From: Eledone cirrhosa
Lineage: Eukaryota
Direction of reading: 5' to 3'
NCBI GenBank assembly: GCA_964016885.1
Contig: OZ024744.1
Location: 5,518,001 to 5,582,000 of the forward strand
Length of the DNA: 64,000 nucleotides
The position numbers and the translations under genes are program-made. The notes below the pieces were generated by a model, which worked only from the letters and a program-made list of their open reading frames with translations, ran no database searches and was not told where the DNA came from. Shown one piece after another: positions 15,001 to 30,000 of the stretch (position 1 is its first letter; every line of letters starts with the position of its first letter).

Positions 15001-18000
15001 CATATTTAGGTGGCAACTGTGGTATAGAGTTCATCAGGATCAACGGTAGTACCTCACTATATGTGACATATTTAGGTGGTAACTGTGGTATAGACAGTTC
15101 ATCAGGATCAACGTTAGTACCTCACTCTATGTGACATATTTAGGTGGTAACTGTGGTATAGACAGTTCATCAGGATCAACGGTAGTAACTCACTATATGT
15201 GACATATTTAGGTGGTAACTTTGGTATAGACAGTTCATCAAATTCAACGGTAGTACCTCACTATATGTGACATATTTAAGTGGTAACTGTGGTATAGACA
15301 GTTCATCAGGATCAACGGTAGTACCTCACTATATGTGACATATTTAGGTGGTAACTGTGGTATAGAGTTCATCAGGATCAACGGTAGTACCTCACTATAT
15401 GTGACATATTTAGGTGGTAACTGTGGTATAGTGTTCATCATAATCAACGGTAGCACCTCACTATATGTGACATATTTAGGTGGCAACTGTGGTATAGAGT
15501 TCATCAGGATCAACGGTAGTACCTCACTATATGTGACATATTTAGGTGGTAACTGTGGTATAGAGTTCATCAAGATCAAGGGTAGTACCTCACTATATGT
15601 GACATATTTAGGTGGTAACTGAGGTATAGAGTTCATCAGGATCAACGGTAGTACCTCACTATATGTGACATATTTAGGTGGTAACTGTGGTATAGACAGT
15701 TCATCAAGATCAACGGTAGTACCTCACTATATGTGACATATTTAGGTGGTAACTGTGGTATAGAGTTCATCAGGATCAACGGTAGTACCTCACTATATGT
15801 GACATATTTAGGTGGTAACTGTGGTATAGACAGTTCATCAGGTTCAACGGTAGTACCTCACTATATGTGACATATTTAGGTGGTAACTATGGTATAGACA
15901 GTTCATCAAGATCAACGGTAGTACCTCACTATATGTGACATATTTAGGTGGTAACTGTGGTATAGACAGTTCATCAGGATCAACGGTAGTACCTCACTAT
16001 ATGTGACATATTTAGGTGGTAACTGTGGTATAGAGTTCATCAAGATCAACGGTAGTACCTCACTATATGTGACATATTTAGGTGGTAACTGTGGTATAGA
16101 GTTCATCAGGATCAACGGTAGTACATCACTATATGTGACATATTTAGGTGGTAACTGTAGTATAGAGTTCATCAGGATCAACGGTAGTACCTCACTATAT
16201 GTGACATATTTAGGTGGTAACTGTGGTATAGACAGTTCATCAGGATCAACGGTAGTACCTCACTATATGTGACATATTTAGGTGGTAATTGTGGTATAAC
16301 ATTCTTCATGATCAACGGTAGTACCTCACTATATGTGACATATTTAGGTGGTAACTGTGGTATAGACAGTTCATCAGGATCAACTGTAGTACCTGACTAT
16401 ATGTGACATATTTAGGTGGTAACTGTGGTATAGAGTTCATCAGGATCAACGGTAGTACCTCACTATATGTGACATATTTAGGTGGTAACTGTGGTATAGA
16501 CAGTTCATCAGGATCAACGGTAGTACCTCACTATATGTGACATATTTAGGTGGTAACTGTGGTATAGACAGTTCATCAGGATCAACGGTAGTACCTCACT
16601 ATATGTGACATATTTAGGTGGTAACTGTAGTATAGACAGTTCATCAGGATCAACGGTAGTACCTCACTATATGTGACATATTTAGGTGGTAACTGTGGTA
16701 TAGACAGTTCATCAGGATCAACGGTAGTACCTCACTATATGTGACATATTTAGGTGGTAACTGTGGTATAGAGTTCATCAGGATCAACGGTAGTACCTCA
16801 CTATATGTGACATATTTAGGTGGTAACTGTGGTATAGACAGTTCATCAGGATCAACGGTAGTACCTCACTATATGTGACATATTTAGGTGGTAACTGTGG
16901 TATAGAGTTCATCAGGATCAACGGTAGTACCTCACTATATGTGACATATTTAGGTGGTAACTGTGGTATAGACAGTTCATCAAGATCAACGGTAGTACCT
17001 CACTCTATGTGACATATTTAGGTGGTAACTGTGGTATAGAGTTCATCAGGATCAACGGTAGTACCTCACTATATGTGACATATTTAGGTGGTTACTGTGG
17101 TATAGACAGTTCATCAAGATCAACGGTAGTACCTCACTCTATGTGACATATTTAGGTGGTAACTGTGGTATAGAGTTCATCAGGATCAACGGTAGTACCT
17201 CACTATATGTGACATATTTAGGTGGTAACTGTGGTATAGACAGTTCATCAGGATCAACGGTAGTACCTCACTATATGTGACATATTTAGGTGGTAACTGT
17301 GGTATAGACAGTTCATCAAGATCAACGGTAGTACCTCACTATATGTGACATATTTAGGTGGTAACTGTAGTATAGACAGTTCATCCGGATCAACGGTAGT
17401 ACTTCACTATATGTGACATATTTAGGTGGTAACTATGGTATAGAGTTCATCAGGATCAACGGTAGTACCTCACTATATGTGACATATTTAGGTGGTTACT
17501 GTAGTATAGACAGTTCATCAGGATCAACGGTAGTACCTCACTATATGTGACATATTTAGGTGGTAACTGTAGTATAGAGTTCATCAGGATCAACGGTAGT
17601 ACCTCACTATATGTGACATATTTAGGTGGTAACTGAGGTATAGAGTTCATCAAGATCAACGTTAGTACCTCACTATATGTGACATATTTAGGTTGTAACT
17701 GTGGTATAGACAGTTCATCAGGATCAACGGTAGTACCTCACTATATGTGACATATTTAGGTGGTAACTGAGGTATAGAGTTCATCAGGATCAACGGTAGT
17801 ACCTCACTATATGTGACATATTTAGGTGGTAACTGTGGTATAGACAGTCCATCAAGATCAACGGTAGTACCTCACTATATGTGACATATTTAGGTGGTAA
17901 CTGTGGTATAGACAGTTCATCAGGTTCAACGGTAGTACCTCACTATATGTGACATATTTGGGTGGTAACTGTGATATAGACAGTTCATCAGGATCAACGG

Positions 18001-21000
18001 TAGTACCTCACTATATGTGACATATTTAGGTGGTAACTGTGGTATAGACAGTTCATCAGGATCAACGGTAGTACCTCACTATATGTGACATATTTAGGAG
18101 GTAACTGTGGTATAGACAGTTCATCAGGATCAACGGTAGTACCTCACTATATGTGACATATTTAGGTGGTAACTGTGATATAGACAGTTCATCAAGATCA
18201 ACGGTAGTACCTCACTATATGTGACATATTTAGGTGGCAACTGCGATATAGACAGTTCATCAGGATCAACGGTAGTACCTCACTATATGTGACATATTTA
18301 GGTGGTAACTGTGGTATAGACAGTTCATCAGGATCAACGGTAGTACCTCACTATATGTGACATATTTAGGTGGTAACTGTGGTATAGACAGTTCATCAAG
18401 ATCAACGGTAGTACCTCACTATATGTGACATATTTAGGTGGTAACTGTGATATAGACAGTTCATCAAGATCAACGTTAGTACCTCACTATATGTGACATA
18501 TTTAGGTGGTAACTGTGGTATAGAGTTCATCAGGATCAACGGTAGTACCTCACTATATGTGACATATTTAGGTGGTAACTGTGGTATAGAGTTCATCAGG
18601 ATCAACGGTAGTACCTCACTATATGTGACATATTTAGGTGGTAACTGTGGTATAGAGTTCATCAGGATCAACGGTAGTACCTCACTATATGTGACATATT
18701 TAGGTGGTAACTGTGGTATAGAGTTCATCAGCATCAACGGTAGTACCTCACTATATATGACATATTTAGGTGGTAACTGTGGTATAGAGTTCATCAGGAT
18801 CAACGGTAGTACCTCACTATATGTGACATATTTAGGTGGTAACTGTGGTATAGACAGTTCATCAGGATCAACGGTAGTACCTCACTATATGTGACATATT
18901 TAGGTGGTAACTGTGATATAGACAGTTCATCAGGATCAACGGTAGTACCTCACTATATGTGACATATTTAGGTGGTAACTGTGGTATAGACAGTTCATCA
19001 GGATCAACGGTAGTACCTCACTATATGTGACATATTTAGGTGGTAACTGTGGTATAGACAGTTCATCAGGATCAACGGTAGTACCTCACTATATGTGACA
19101 TATTTAGGTGGTAACTGTGATATAGACAGTTCATCAAGATCAACGGTAGTACCTCACTATATGTGACATATTTAGGTGGCAAGTGTGATATAGACAGTTC
19201 ATCAGGATCAACGGTAGTACCTCACTATATGTGACATATTTAGGTGGTAACTGTGGTATAGACAGTTCATCAGGATCAACGGTAGTACCTCACTATATGT
19301 GACATATTTAGGTGGTAACTGTGGTATAGACAGTTCATCAAGATCAACGGTAGTACCTCACTATATGTGACATATTTAGGTGGTAACTGTGATATAGACA
19401 CTTCATCAAGATCAACGTTAGTACCTCACTATATGTGACATATTTAGGTGGTAACTGTGGTATAGAGTTCATCAGGATCAACGGTAGTACCTCACTATAT
19501 GTGACATATTTAGGTTGTAACTGTGGTATAGACAGTTCATCAGGATCAACGGTAGTACCTCACTATATGTGACATATTTAGGTGGTAACTGAGGTATAGA
19601 GTTCATCAGGATCAACGGTAGTACCTCACTATATGTGACATATTTAGGTGGTAACTGTGGTATAGACAGTCCATCAAGATCAACGGTAGTACCTCACTAT
19701 ATGTGACATATTTAGGTGGTAACTGTGGTATAGACATTTCATCAGGTTCAACGGTAGTACCTCACTATATGTGACATATTTAGGTGGTAACTGTGATATA
19801 GACAGTTCATTAGGATCAACGGTAGTACCTCACTATATGTGACATATTTAGGTGGTAACTGTGGTATAGACAGTTCATCAGGATCAACGGTAGTACCTCA
19901 TTATATGTGACATATTTAGGTGGTAACTGTGGTATAGACAGTTCATCAGGATCAACGGTAGTACCTCACTATATGTGACATATTTAGGTGGTAACTGTGA
20001 TATAGACAGTTCATCAAGATCAACGGTAGTACCTCACTATATGTGACATATTTAGGTGGCAACTGTGATATAGACAGTTCATCAGGATCAACGGTAGTAC
20101 CTCACTATATGTGACATATTTAGGTGGTAACTGTGGTATAGACAGTTCATCAGGATCAACGGTAGTACCTCACTATATGTGACATATTTAGGTGGTAACT
20201 GTGGTATAGACAGTTCATCAAGATCAACGGTAGTACCTCACTATATGTGACATATTTAGGTGGTAACTGTGATATAGACAGTTCATCAAGATCAACGTTA
20301 GTACCTCACTATATGTGACATATTTAGGTGGTAACTGTGGTATAGAGTTCATCAGGATCAACGGTAGTACCTCACTATATGTGACATATTTAGGTGGTAA
20401 CTGTGGTATAGAGTTCATCAGGATCAACGGTAGTACCTCACTATATGTGACATATTTAGGTGGTAACTGTGGTATAGAGTTCATCAGGATCAACGGTAGT
20501 ACCTCACTATATGTGACATATTTAGGTGGTAACTGTGGTATAGCGTTCATCAGGATCAACGGTAGTACCTCACTATATATGACATATTTAGGTGGTAACT
20601 GTGGTATAGAGTTCATCAGGATCAACGGTAGTACCTCACTATATGTGACATATTTAGGTGGTAACTGTGGTATAGACAGTTCATCAGGATCAACGGTAGT
20701 ACCTCACTATATGTGACATATTGAGGTGGTTACGGTGGTATAGAGTTCATCAGGATCAATGGTAGTACCTCACTATATGTGACATATTTAGGAGGTAACT
20801 GTGGTATAGATAGTCCATCAAGATCAACGGTAGTACCTCACTATATGTGACATATTTAGGTGGTAACTGTGGTATAGACAGTTCATCAGGATCAACGGTA
20901 GTACCTCACTATATGTGACATATTGAGGTGGTTACGGTGGTATAGAGTTCATCATGATCAATGGTAGTACCTCACTATATGTGACATATTTAGGTGGTAA

Positions 21001-24000
21001 CTGTGGTATAGACAGTCCATCAAGATCAACGGTAGTACCTCCCTATATGTGACATATTTAGGTGGTAACTGTGGTATAGACAGTTCATCAGGATCAACGG
21101 TAGTACCTCACTATATGTGACATATTGAGGTGGTTACGGTGGTATAGAGTTCATCAGGATCAATGGTAGTACCTCACTATATGTGACATATTTAGGTGGT
21201 AACTGTGGTATAGACAGTCCATCAAGATCAACGGTAGTACCTCACTATATGTGACATATTTAGGTGGTAACTGTGGTATAGACAGTTCATCAGGATCAAC
21301 GGTAGTACCTCACTATATGTGACATATTTAGGTGGCAACTGTGGTATAGAGTTCTTCAGGATCAACGGTAGTACCTCACTATATGTGACATATTTAGGTG
21401 GTAACTGTGGTATAGACAGTTCATCAGGATCAACGGTAGTACCTCACTATATGTGACATATTTAGGTGGTAACTGTGATATAGACAGTTCATCAAGATCA
21501 ACGGTAGTACCTCACTATATGTGACATATTTAGGTGGCAAGTGTGATATAGACAGTTCATCAGGATCAACGGTAGTACCTCACTATATGTGACATATTTA
21601 GGTGGTAACTGTGGTATAGACAGTTCATCAGGATCAACGGTAGTACCTCACTATATGTGACATATTTAGGTGGTAACTGTGGTATAGACAGTTCATCAAG
21701 ATCAACGGTAGTACCTCACTATATGTGACATATTTAGGTGGTAACTGTGATATAGACAGTTCATCAAGATCAACGTTAGTACCTCACTATATGTGACATA
21801 TTTAGGTGGTAACTGTGGTATAGAGTTCATCAGGATCAACGGTAGTACCTCACTATATGTGACATATTTAGGTTGTAACTGTGGTATAGACAGTTCATCA
21901 GGATCAACGGTAGTACCTCACTATATGTGACATATTTAGGTGGTAACTGAGGTATAGAGTTCATCAGGATCAACGGTAGTACCTCACTATATGTGACATA
22001 TTTAGGTGGTAACTGTGGTATAGACAGTCCATCAAGATCAACGGTAGTACCTCACTATATGTGACATATTTAGGTGGTAACTGTGGTATAGACAGTTCAT
22101 CAGGTTCAACGGTAGTACCTCACTATATGTGACATATTTAGGTGGTAACTGTGATATAGACAGTTCATTAGGATCAACGGTAGTACCTCACTATATGTGA
22201 CATATTTAGGTGGTAACTGTGGTATAGACAGTTCATCAGGATCAACGGTAGTACCTCACTATATGTGACATATTTAGGTGGTAACTGTGGTATAGACAGT
22301 TCATCAGGATCAACGGTAGTACCTCACTATATGTGACATATTTAGGTGGTAACTGTGATATAGACAGTTCATCAAGATCAACGGTAGTACCTCACTATAT
22401 GTGACATATTTAGGTGGCAACTGTGATATAGACAGTTCATCAGGATCAACGGTAGTACCTCACTATATGTGACATATTTAGGTGGTAACTGTGGTATAGA
22501 CAGTTCATCAGGATCAACGGTAGTACCTCACTATATGTGACATATTTAGGTGGTAACTGTGGTATAGACAGTTCATCAAGATCAACGGTATTACCTCACT
22601 ATATGTGACATATTTAGGTGGTAACTGTGATATAGACAGTTCATCAAGATCAACGTTAGTACCTCACTATATGTGACATATTTAGGTGGTAACTGTGGTA
22701 TAGAGTTCATCAGGATCAACGGTAGTACCTCACTATATGTGACATATTTAGGTGGTAACTGTGGTATAGAGTTCATCAGGATCAACGGTAGTACCTCACT
22801 ATATGTGACATATTTAGGTGGTAACTGTGGTATAGAGTTCATCAGGATCAACGGTAGTACCTCACTATATGTGACATATTTAGGTGGTAACTGTGGTATA
22901 GCGTTCATCAGGATCAACGGTAGTACCTCACTATATATGACATATTTAGGTGGTAACTGTGGTATAGAGTTCATCAGGATCAACGGTAGTACCTCACTAT
23001 ATGTGACATATTTAGGTGGTAACTGTGGTATAGACAGTTCATCAGGATCAACGGTAGTACCTCACTATATGTGACATATTGAGGTGGTTACGGTGGTATA
23101 GAGTTCATCAGGATCAATGGTAGTACCTCACTATATGTGACATATTTAGGTGGTAACTGTGGTATAGATAGTCCATCAAGATCAACGGTAGTACCTCACT
23201 ATATGTGACATATTTAGGTGGTAACTGTGGTATAGACAGTTCATCAGGATCAACGGTAGTACCTCACTATATGTGACATATTGAGGTGGTTACGGTGGTA
23301 TAGAGTTCATCATGATCAATGGTAGTACCTCACTATATGTGACATATTTAGGTGGTAACTGTGGTATAGACAGTCCATCAAGATCAACGGTAGTACCTCC
23401 CTATATGTGACATATTTAGGTGGTAACTGTGGTATAGACAGTTCATCAGGATCAACGGTAGTACCTCACTATATGTGACATATTGAGGTGGTTACGGTGG
23501 TATAGAGTTCATCAGGATCAATGGTAGTACCTCACTATATGTGACATATTTAGGTGGTAACTGTGGTATAGACAGTCCATCAAGATCAACGGTAGTACCT
23601 CACTATATGTGACATATTTAGGTGGTAACTGTGGTATAGACAGTTCATCAGGATCAACGGTAGTACCTCACTATATGTGACATATTTAGGTGGCAACTGT
23701 GGTATAGAGTTCATCAGGATCAACGGTAGTACCTCACTATATGTGACATATTTAGGTGGTAACTATGGTATAGACAGTCCATCAAGATCAACGGTAGTAC
23801 CTCACTATATGTGACATATTTAGGTGGTAACTGTGGTATAGACAGTACATCAAGATCAACGGTAGTACCTCACTATATGTGACATATTTAGGTGGTAACT
23901 GTGGTATAGACAGTTCATCAGGTTCAACGGTGGTACCTCACTATATGTGACATATTTAGGTGGTAACTGTGATATAGACAGTTCATCAGGATCAACGGTA

Positions 24001-27000
24001 GTACCTCACTATATGTGACATATTTAGGTGGTAACTGTGGTATAGACAGTTCATCAGGATCAACGGTAGTACCTCACTATATATGACATATTTAGGTGGT
24101 AACTGTGGTATAGACAGTTCATCAGGATCAACGGTAGTACCTCACTATATGTGACATATTTAGGTGGTTACGGTGGTATAGAGTTCATCAGGATCAATGG
24201 TAGTACCTCACTATATGTGACATATTTAGGTGGTAACTGTGGTATAGACAGTTCATCAAGATCAACGGTAGTACCTCACTATATGTGACATATTTAGGTG
24301 GTAACTGTGATATAGAGTTCATCAGGATCAACGGTAGTACCTCACTCTATGTGACATATTTAGGTGGTAACTGTGGTATAGACAGTTCATCAGGATCAAC
24401 GGTAGTACCTCACTATATGTGACATATTTAGTTGGTAACTGTGGTATAGACAGTTCATCAAGATCAACGGTAGTACCTCACTATATGTGACATATTTAGG
24501 TGGTAACTGTGGTATAGACAGTTCATCAAGATCAACTGTACTACCTCACTATATGTGACATATTTAGGTGGTAACTGTGATATAGAGTTCATCAGGATCA
24601 ACGGTAGTACCTCACTATATGTGACAAATTTAGGTGGTAACTGTGATATAGAGCTAATCAGATCAACGGTAGTACCTCACTATATGTGACATATTTAGGT
24701 GGTTACTGTGGTATAGACAGTTCATCAAGATCAACGGTAGTACCTCACTATATGTGACATATTTAGGTGGCAACTGTGGTATAGAGTTCATCAGGATCAA
24801 CGGTAGTACCTCACTACATGTGACATATTTAGGTGGCATCTGTGGTATAGAGTTCATCAGGATCAATGGTAGTACCTCACTCTATGTGACATATTTAGGT
24901 GGTTACTGTAGTATAGAGTTCATCAGGATCAACGGTAGTACCTCACTATATGTGACATATTTAGGTGGTAACTGTGGTATAGACAGTTCATCAGGATCAA
25001 CGGTAGTACCTCACTATATGTGACATATTTAGGTGGCAACTGAGGTATAGAGTTCATCAGGATCAACGGTAGTACCTCACTCTATGTGACATATTTAGGT
25101 GGTAACTATGGTATAGACAGTCCATCAGGATCAACGGTAGTACCTCACTATATGGGACATATTTAGGTGGTAACTGTGGTATAGACAGTTCATCAGGATC
25201 AACGGTAGTACCTCACTATATGGGACATATTTAGGTGGTAACTGTGGTATAGAGTTCATCAGGATCAACGGTAGTACCTCACTATATGTGACATATTTAA
25301 GTGGTAACTGTGGTATAGACAGTTCATCATGATCAACGGTAGTACCTCACTACATGTGACATATTTAGGTGGCAACTGTGGTATAGAGTTCATCAGGATC
25401 AACGGTAGTACCTCACTATATGTGACATATTTAGGTGGTAACTGTGGTATAGAGTTCATCAAGATCAACGTTAGTACCTCACTATATGTGACATATTTAG
25501 GTGGTAACTGTGGTATAGACAGTTCATCAGGATCAACTGTAGTACCTCACTATATGTGACATATTTAGGTGGTAACTGTGGTATAGAGTTCATCAGGATC
25601 AACGGTAGTACCTCACTATATGTGACATATTTAGGTGGTAACTGTGGTATAGACAGTTCATCAGGATCGACGGTAGTACCTCACTATATGTGACATATTT
25701 AGGTGGTAACTGTGGTATAGAGTTCATCAAGATCAACGGTAGTACCTCACTATATGTGACATATTTAGGTGGTAACTGTGGTATAGAGTTCATCAGGATC
25801 AACGGTAGTACCTCACTATATGTGACATATTTAGGTGGTAACTGTAGTATAGAGTTCATCAGGATCAACGGTAGTACCTCACTATATGTGACATATTTAG
25901 GTGGTAACTGTGGTATAGACAGTTCATCAGGATCAACGGTAGTACCTCACTATATGTGACATATTTAGGTGGTAATTGTGGTATAACATTCTTCATGATC
26001 AACGGTAGTACCTCACTATATGTGACATATTTAGGTGGCAACTGTGGTATAGACAGTTCATCAGGATCAATTGTAGTACCTCACTATATGTGACATATTT
26101 AGGTGGTAACTGTGGTATAGAGTTCATCAGGATCAACGGTAGTACCTCACTATATGTGACATATTTAGGTGGTAACTGTGATATAGACAGTTCATCAGGA
26201 TCAACGGTAGTACCTCACTATATGTGACATATTTAGGTGGCAACTGTGGTATAGACAGTTCATCAGGATCAACGGTAGTACCTCACTATATGTGACATAT
26301 TTAGGTGGTAACTGTGGTATAGACAGTTCATCAGGATCAACGGTAGTACCTCACTATATGTGACATATTTAGGTGGTAACTGTGGTATAGACAGTTCATC
26401 AGGATCAACGGTAGTACCTCACTATATGACATATTTAGGTGGTAACTGTGGTATAGACAGTTCATCAGGATCAACGGTAGTACCTCACTATATGTGACAT
26501 ATTTAGGTGGTAACTGTGGTATAGACAGTTCATCAGGATCAACGGTAGTACCTCACTATATGTGACATATTTAGGTGGTAACTGTAGTATAGACAGTTCA
26601 TCAGGATCAACGGTAGTACCTCACTATATGTGACATATTTAGGTGGTAACTGTGGTATAGACAGTTCATCAGGATCAACGGTAGTACCTCACTATATGTG
26701 ACATATTTAGGTGGTAACTGTGGTATAGAGTTCATCAGGATCAACGGTAGTACCTCACTATATGTGACATATTTAGGTGGTAACTGTGGTATAGACAGTT
26801 CATCATGATCAACGGTAGTACCTCACTATATGTGACATATTTAGGTGGTAACTGTGGTATAGAGTTCATCAGGATCAACGGTAGTACCTCGCTATATGTG
26901 ACATATTTAGGTGGTAACTGTGGTATAGACAGTTCATCAAGATCAACGGTAGTACCTCACTCTATGTGACATATTTAGGTGGTAACTGTGGTATAGAGTT

Positions 27001-30000
27001 CATCAGGATCAACGGTAGTACCTCACTATATGTGACATATTTAGGTGGTAACTGTGGTATAGACAGCTCATCAAGATCAACGGTAGTACCTCACTATATG
27101 TGACATATTTAGGTGGTAACTGTGGTATAGACAGTTCATCAGGATCAACGGTAGTACTTCACTATATGTGACATATTTAGGTGGTAACTATGGTATAGAG
27201 TTCATCAAGATCAACGGTAGTACCTCACTATATGTGACATATTTAGGTGGTAACTGTGGTATAGAGTTCATCAGGATCAACGGTAATACCTCACTATATG
27301 TGACATATTTAGGTGGTTACTGTAGTATAGACAGTTCATCAAGATCAAAGTTAGTACCTCACTATATGTGACATATTTAGGTTGTAACTGTGGTATAGAC
27401 AGTTCATCAGGATCAACGGTAGTACCTCACTATATGTGACATATTTAGGTGGTAACTGAGGTATAGAGTTCATCAGGATCAACGGTAGTACCTCACTATA
27501 TGTGACATATTTAGGTGGTAACTGTGGTATAGACAGTCCATCAAGATCAACGGTAGTACCTCACTATATGTGACATATTTAGGTGGTAACTGTGGTATAG
27601 ACAGTTCATCAGGTTCAACGGTAGTACCTCACTATATGTGACATATTTAGGTGGTAACTGTGATATAGACAGTTCATCAGGATCAACGGTAGTACCTCAC
27701 TATATGTGACATATTTAGGTGGTAACTGTGGTATAGACAGTTCATCAGGATCAACGGTAGTACCTCACTATATGTGACATATTTAGGTGGTAACTGTGGT
27801 ATAGACAGTTCATCAGGATCAACGGTAGTACCTCACTATATGTGACATATTTAGGTGGTAACTGTGATATAGACAGTTCATCAAGATCAACGGTAGTACC
27901 TCACTATATGTGACATATTTAGGTGGCAACTGTGATATAGACAGTTCATCAGGATCAACGGTAGTACCTCACTATATGTGACATATTTAGGTGGTAACTG
28001 TGGTATAGACAGTTCATCAGGATCAACGGTAGTACCTCACTATATGTGACATATTTAGGTGGTAACTGTGGTATAGACAGTTCATCAAGATCAACGGTAG
28101 TACCTCACTATATGTGACATATTTAGGTGGTAACTGTGATATAGACAGTTCATCAAGATCAACGTTAGTACCTCACTATATGTGACATATTTAGGTGGTA
28201 ACTGTGGTATAGAGTTCATCAGGATCAACGGTAGTACCTCACTATATGTGACATATTTAGGTGGTAACTGTGGTATAGAGTTCATCAGGATCAACGGTAG
28301 TACCTCACTATATGTGACATATTTAGGTGGTAACTGTGGTATAGAGTTCATCAGGATCAACGGTAGTACCTCACTATATGTGACATATTTAGGTGGTAAC
28401 TGTGGTATAGAGTTCATCAGGATCAACGGTAGTACCTCACTATATATGACATATTTAGGTGGTAACTGTGGTATAGAGTTCATCAGGATCAACGGTAGTA
28501 CCTCACTATATGTGACATATTTAGGTGGTAACTGTGGTATAGACAGTTCATCAGGATCAACGGTAGTACCTCACTATATGTGACATATTGAGGTGGTTAC
28601 GGTGGTATAGAGTTCATCAGGATCAATGGTAGTACCTCACTATATGTGACATATTTAGGTGGTAACTGTGGTATAGACAGTCCATCAAGATCAACGGTAG
28701 TACCTCACTATAAGTGACATATTTAGGTGGTAACTGTGGTATAGACAGTTCATCAGGATCAACGGTAGTACCTCACTATATGTGACATATTGAGGTGGTT
28801 ACGGTGGTATAGAGTTCATCAGGATCAATCGTAGTACCTCACTATATGTGACATATTTAGGTGGTAACTGTGGTATAGACAGTCCATCAAGATCAACGGT
28901 AGTACCTCACTATATGTGACATATTTAGGTGGTAACTGTGGTATAGACAGTTCATCAGGATCAACGGTAGTACCTCACTATATGTGATATATTGAGGTGG
29001 TTACGGTGGTATAGAGTTCATCAGGATCAATGGTAGTACCTCACTATATGTGACATATTTAGGTGGTAACTGTGGTATAGACAGTCCATCAAGATCAACG
29101 GTAGTACCTCACTATATGTGACATATTTAGGTGGCAACTGTGATATAGACAGTTCATCAGGATCAACGGTAGTACCTCACTATATGTGACATATTTAGGT
29201 GGTAACTGTGGTATAGACAGTTCATCAGGATCAACGGTAGTACCTCACTATATGTGACATATTTAGGTGGTAACTGTGGTATAGACAGTACATCAAGATC
29301 AACGGTAGTACCTCACTATATGTGACATATTTAGGTGGTAACTGTGGTATAGAGTTCATCAGGATCAACGGTAGTACCTCACTATATGTGACATATTTAG
29401 GTGGTAACTGTGGTATAGAGTTCATCAGGATCAACGGTAGTACCTCACTATATGTGACATATTTAGGTGGTAACTGTGGTATAGAGTTCATCAGGATCAA
29501 CGGTAGTACCTCACTATATATGACATATTTAGGTGGTAACTGTGGTATAGAGTTCATCAGGATCAACGGTAGTACCTCACTATATGTGACATATTTAGGT
29601 GGTAACTGTGGTATAGACAGTTCATCAGGATCAACGGTAGTACCTCACTATATGTGACATATTGAGGTGGTTACGGTGGTATAGAGTTCATCAGGATCAA
29701 TGGTAGTACCTCACTATATGTGACATATTTAGGTGGTAACTGTGGTATAGACAGTCCATCAAGATCAACGGTAGTACCTCACTATATGTGACATATTTAG
29801 GTGGTAACTGTGGTATAGACAGTTCATCAGGATCAACGGTAGTACCTCACTATATGTGACATATTGAGGTGGTTACGGTGGTATAGAGTTCATCAGGATC
29901 AATCGTAGTACCTCACTATATGTAACATATTTAGGTGGTAACTGTGGTATAGACAGTCCATCAAGATCAACGGTAGTACCTCACTATATGTGACATATTT

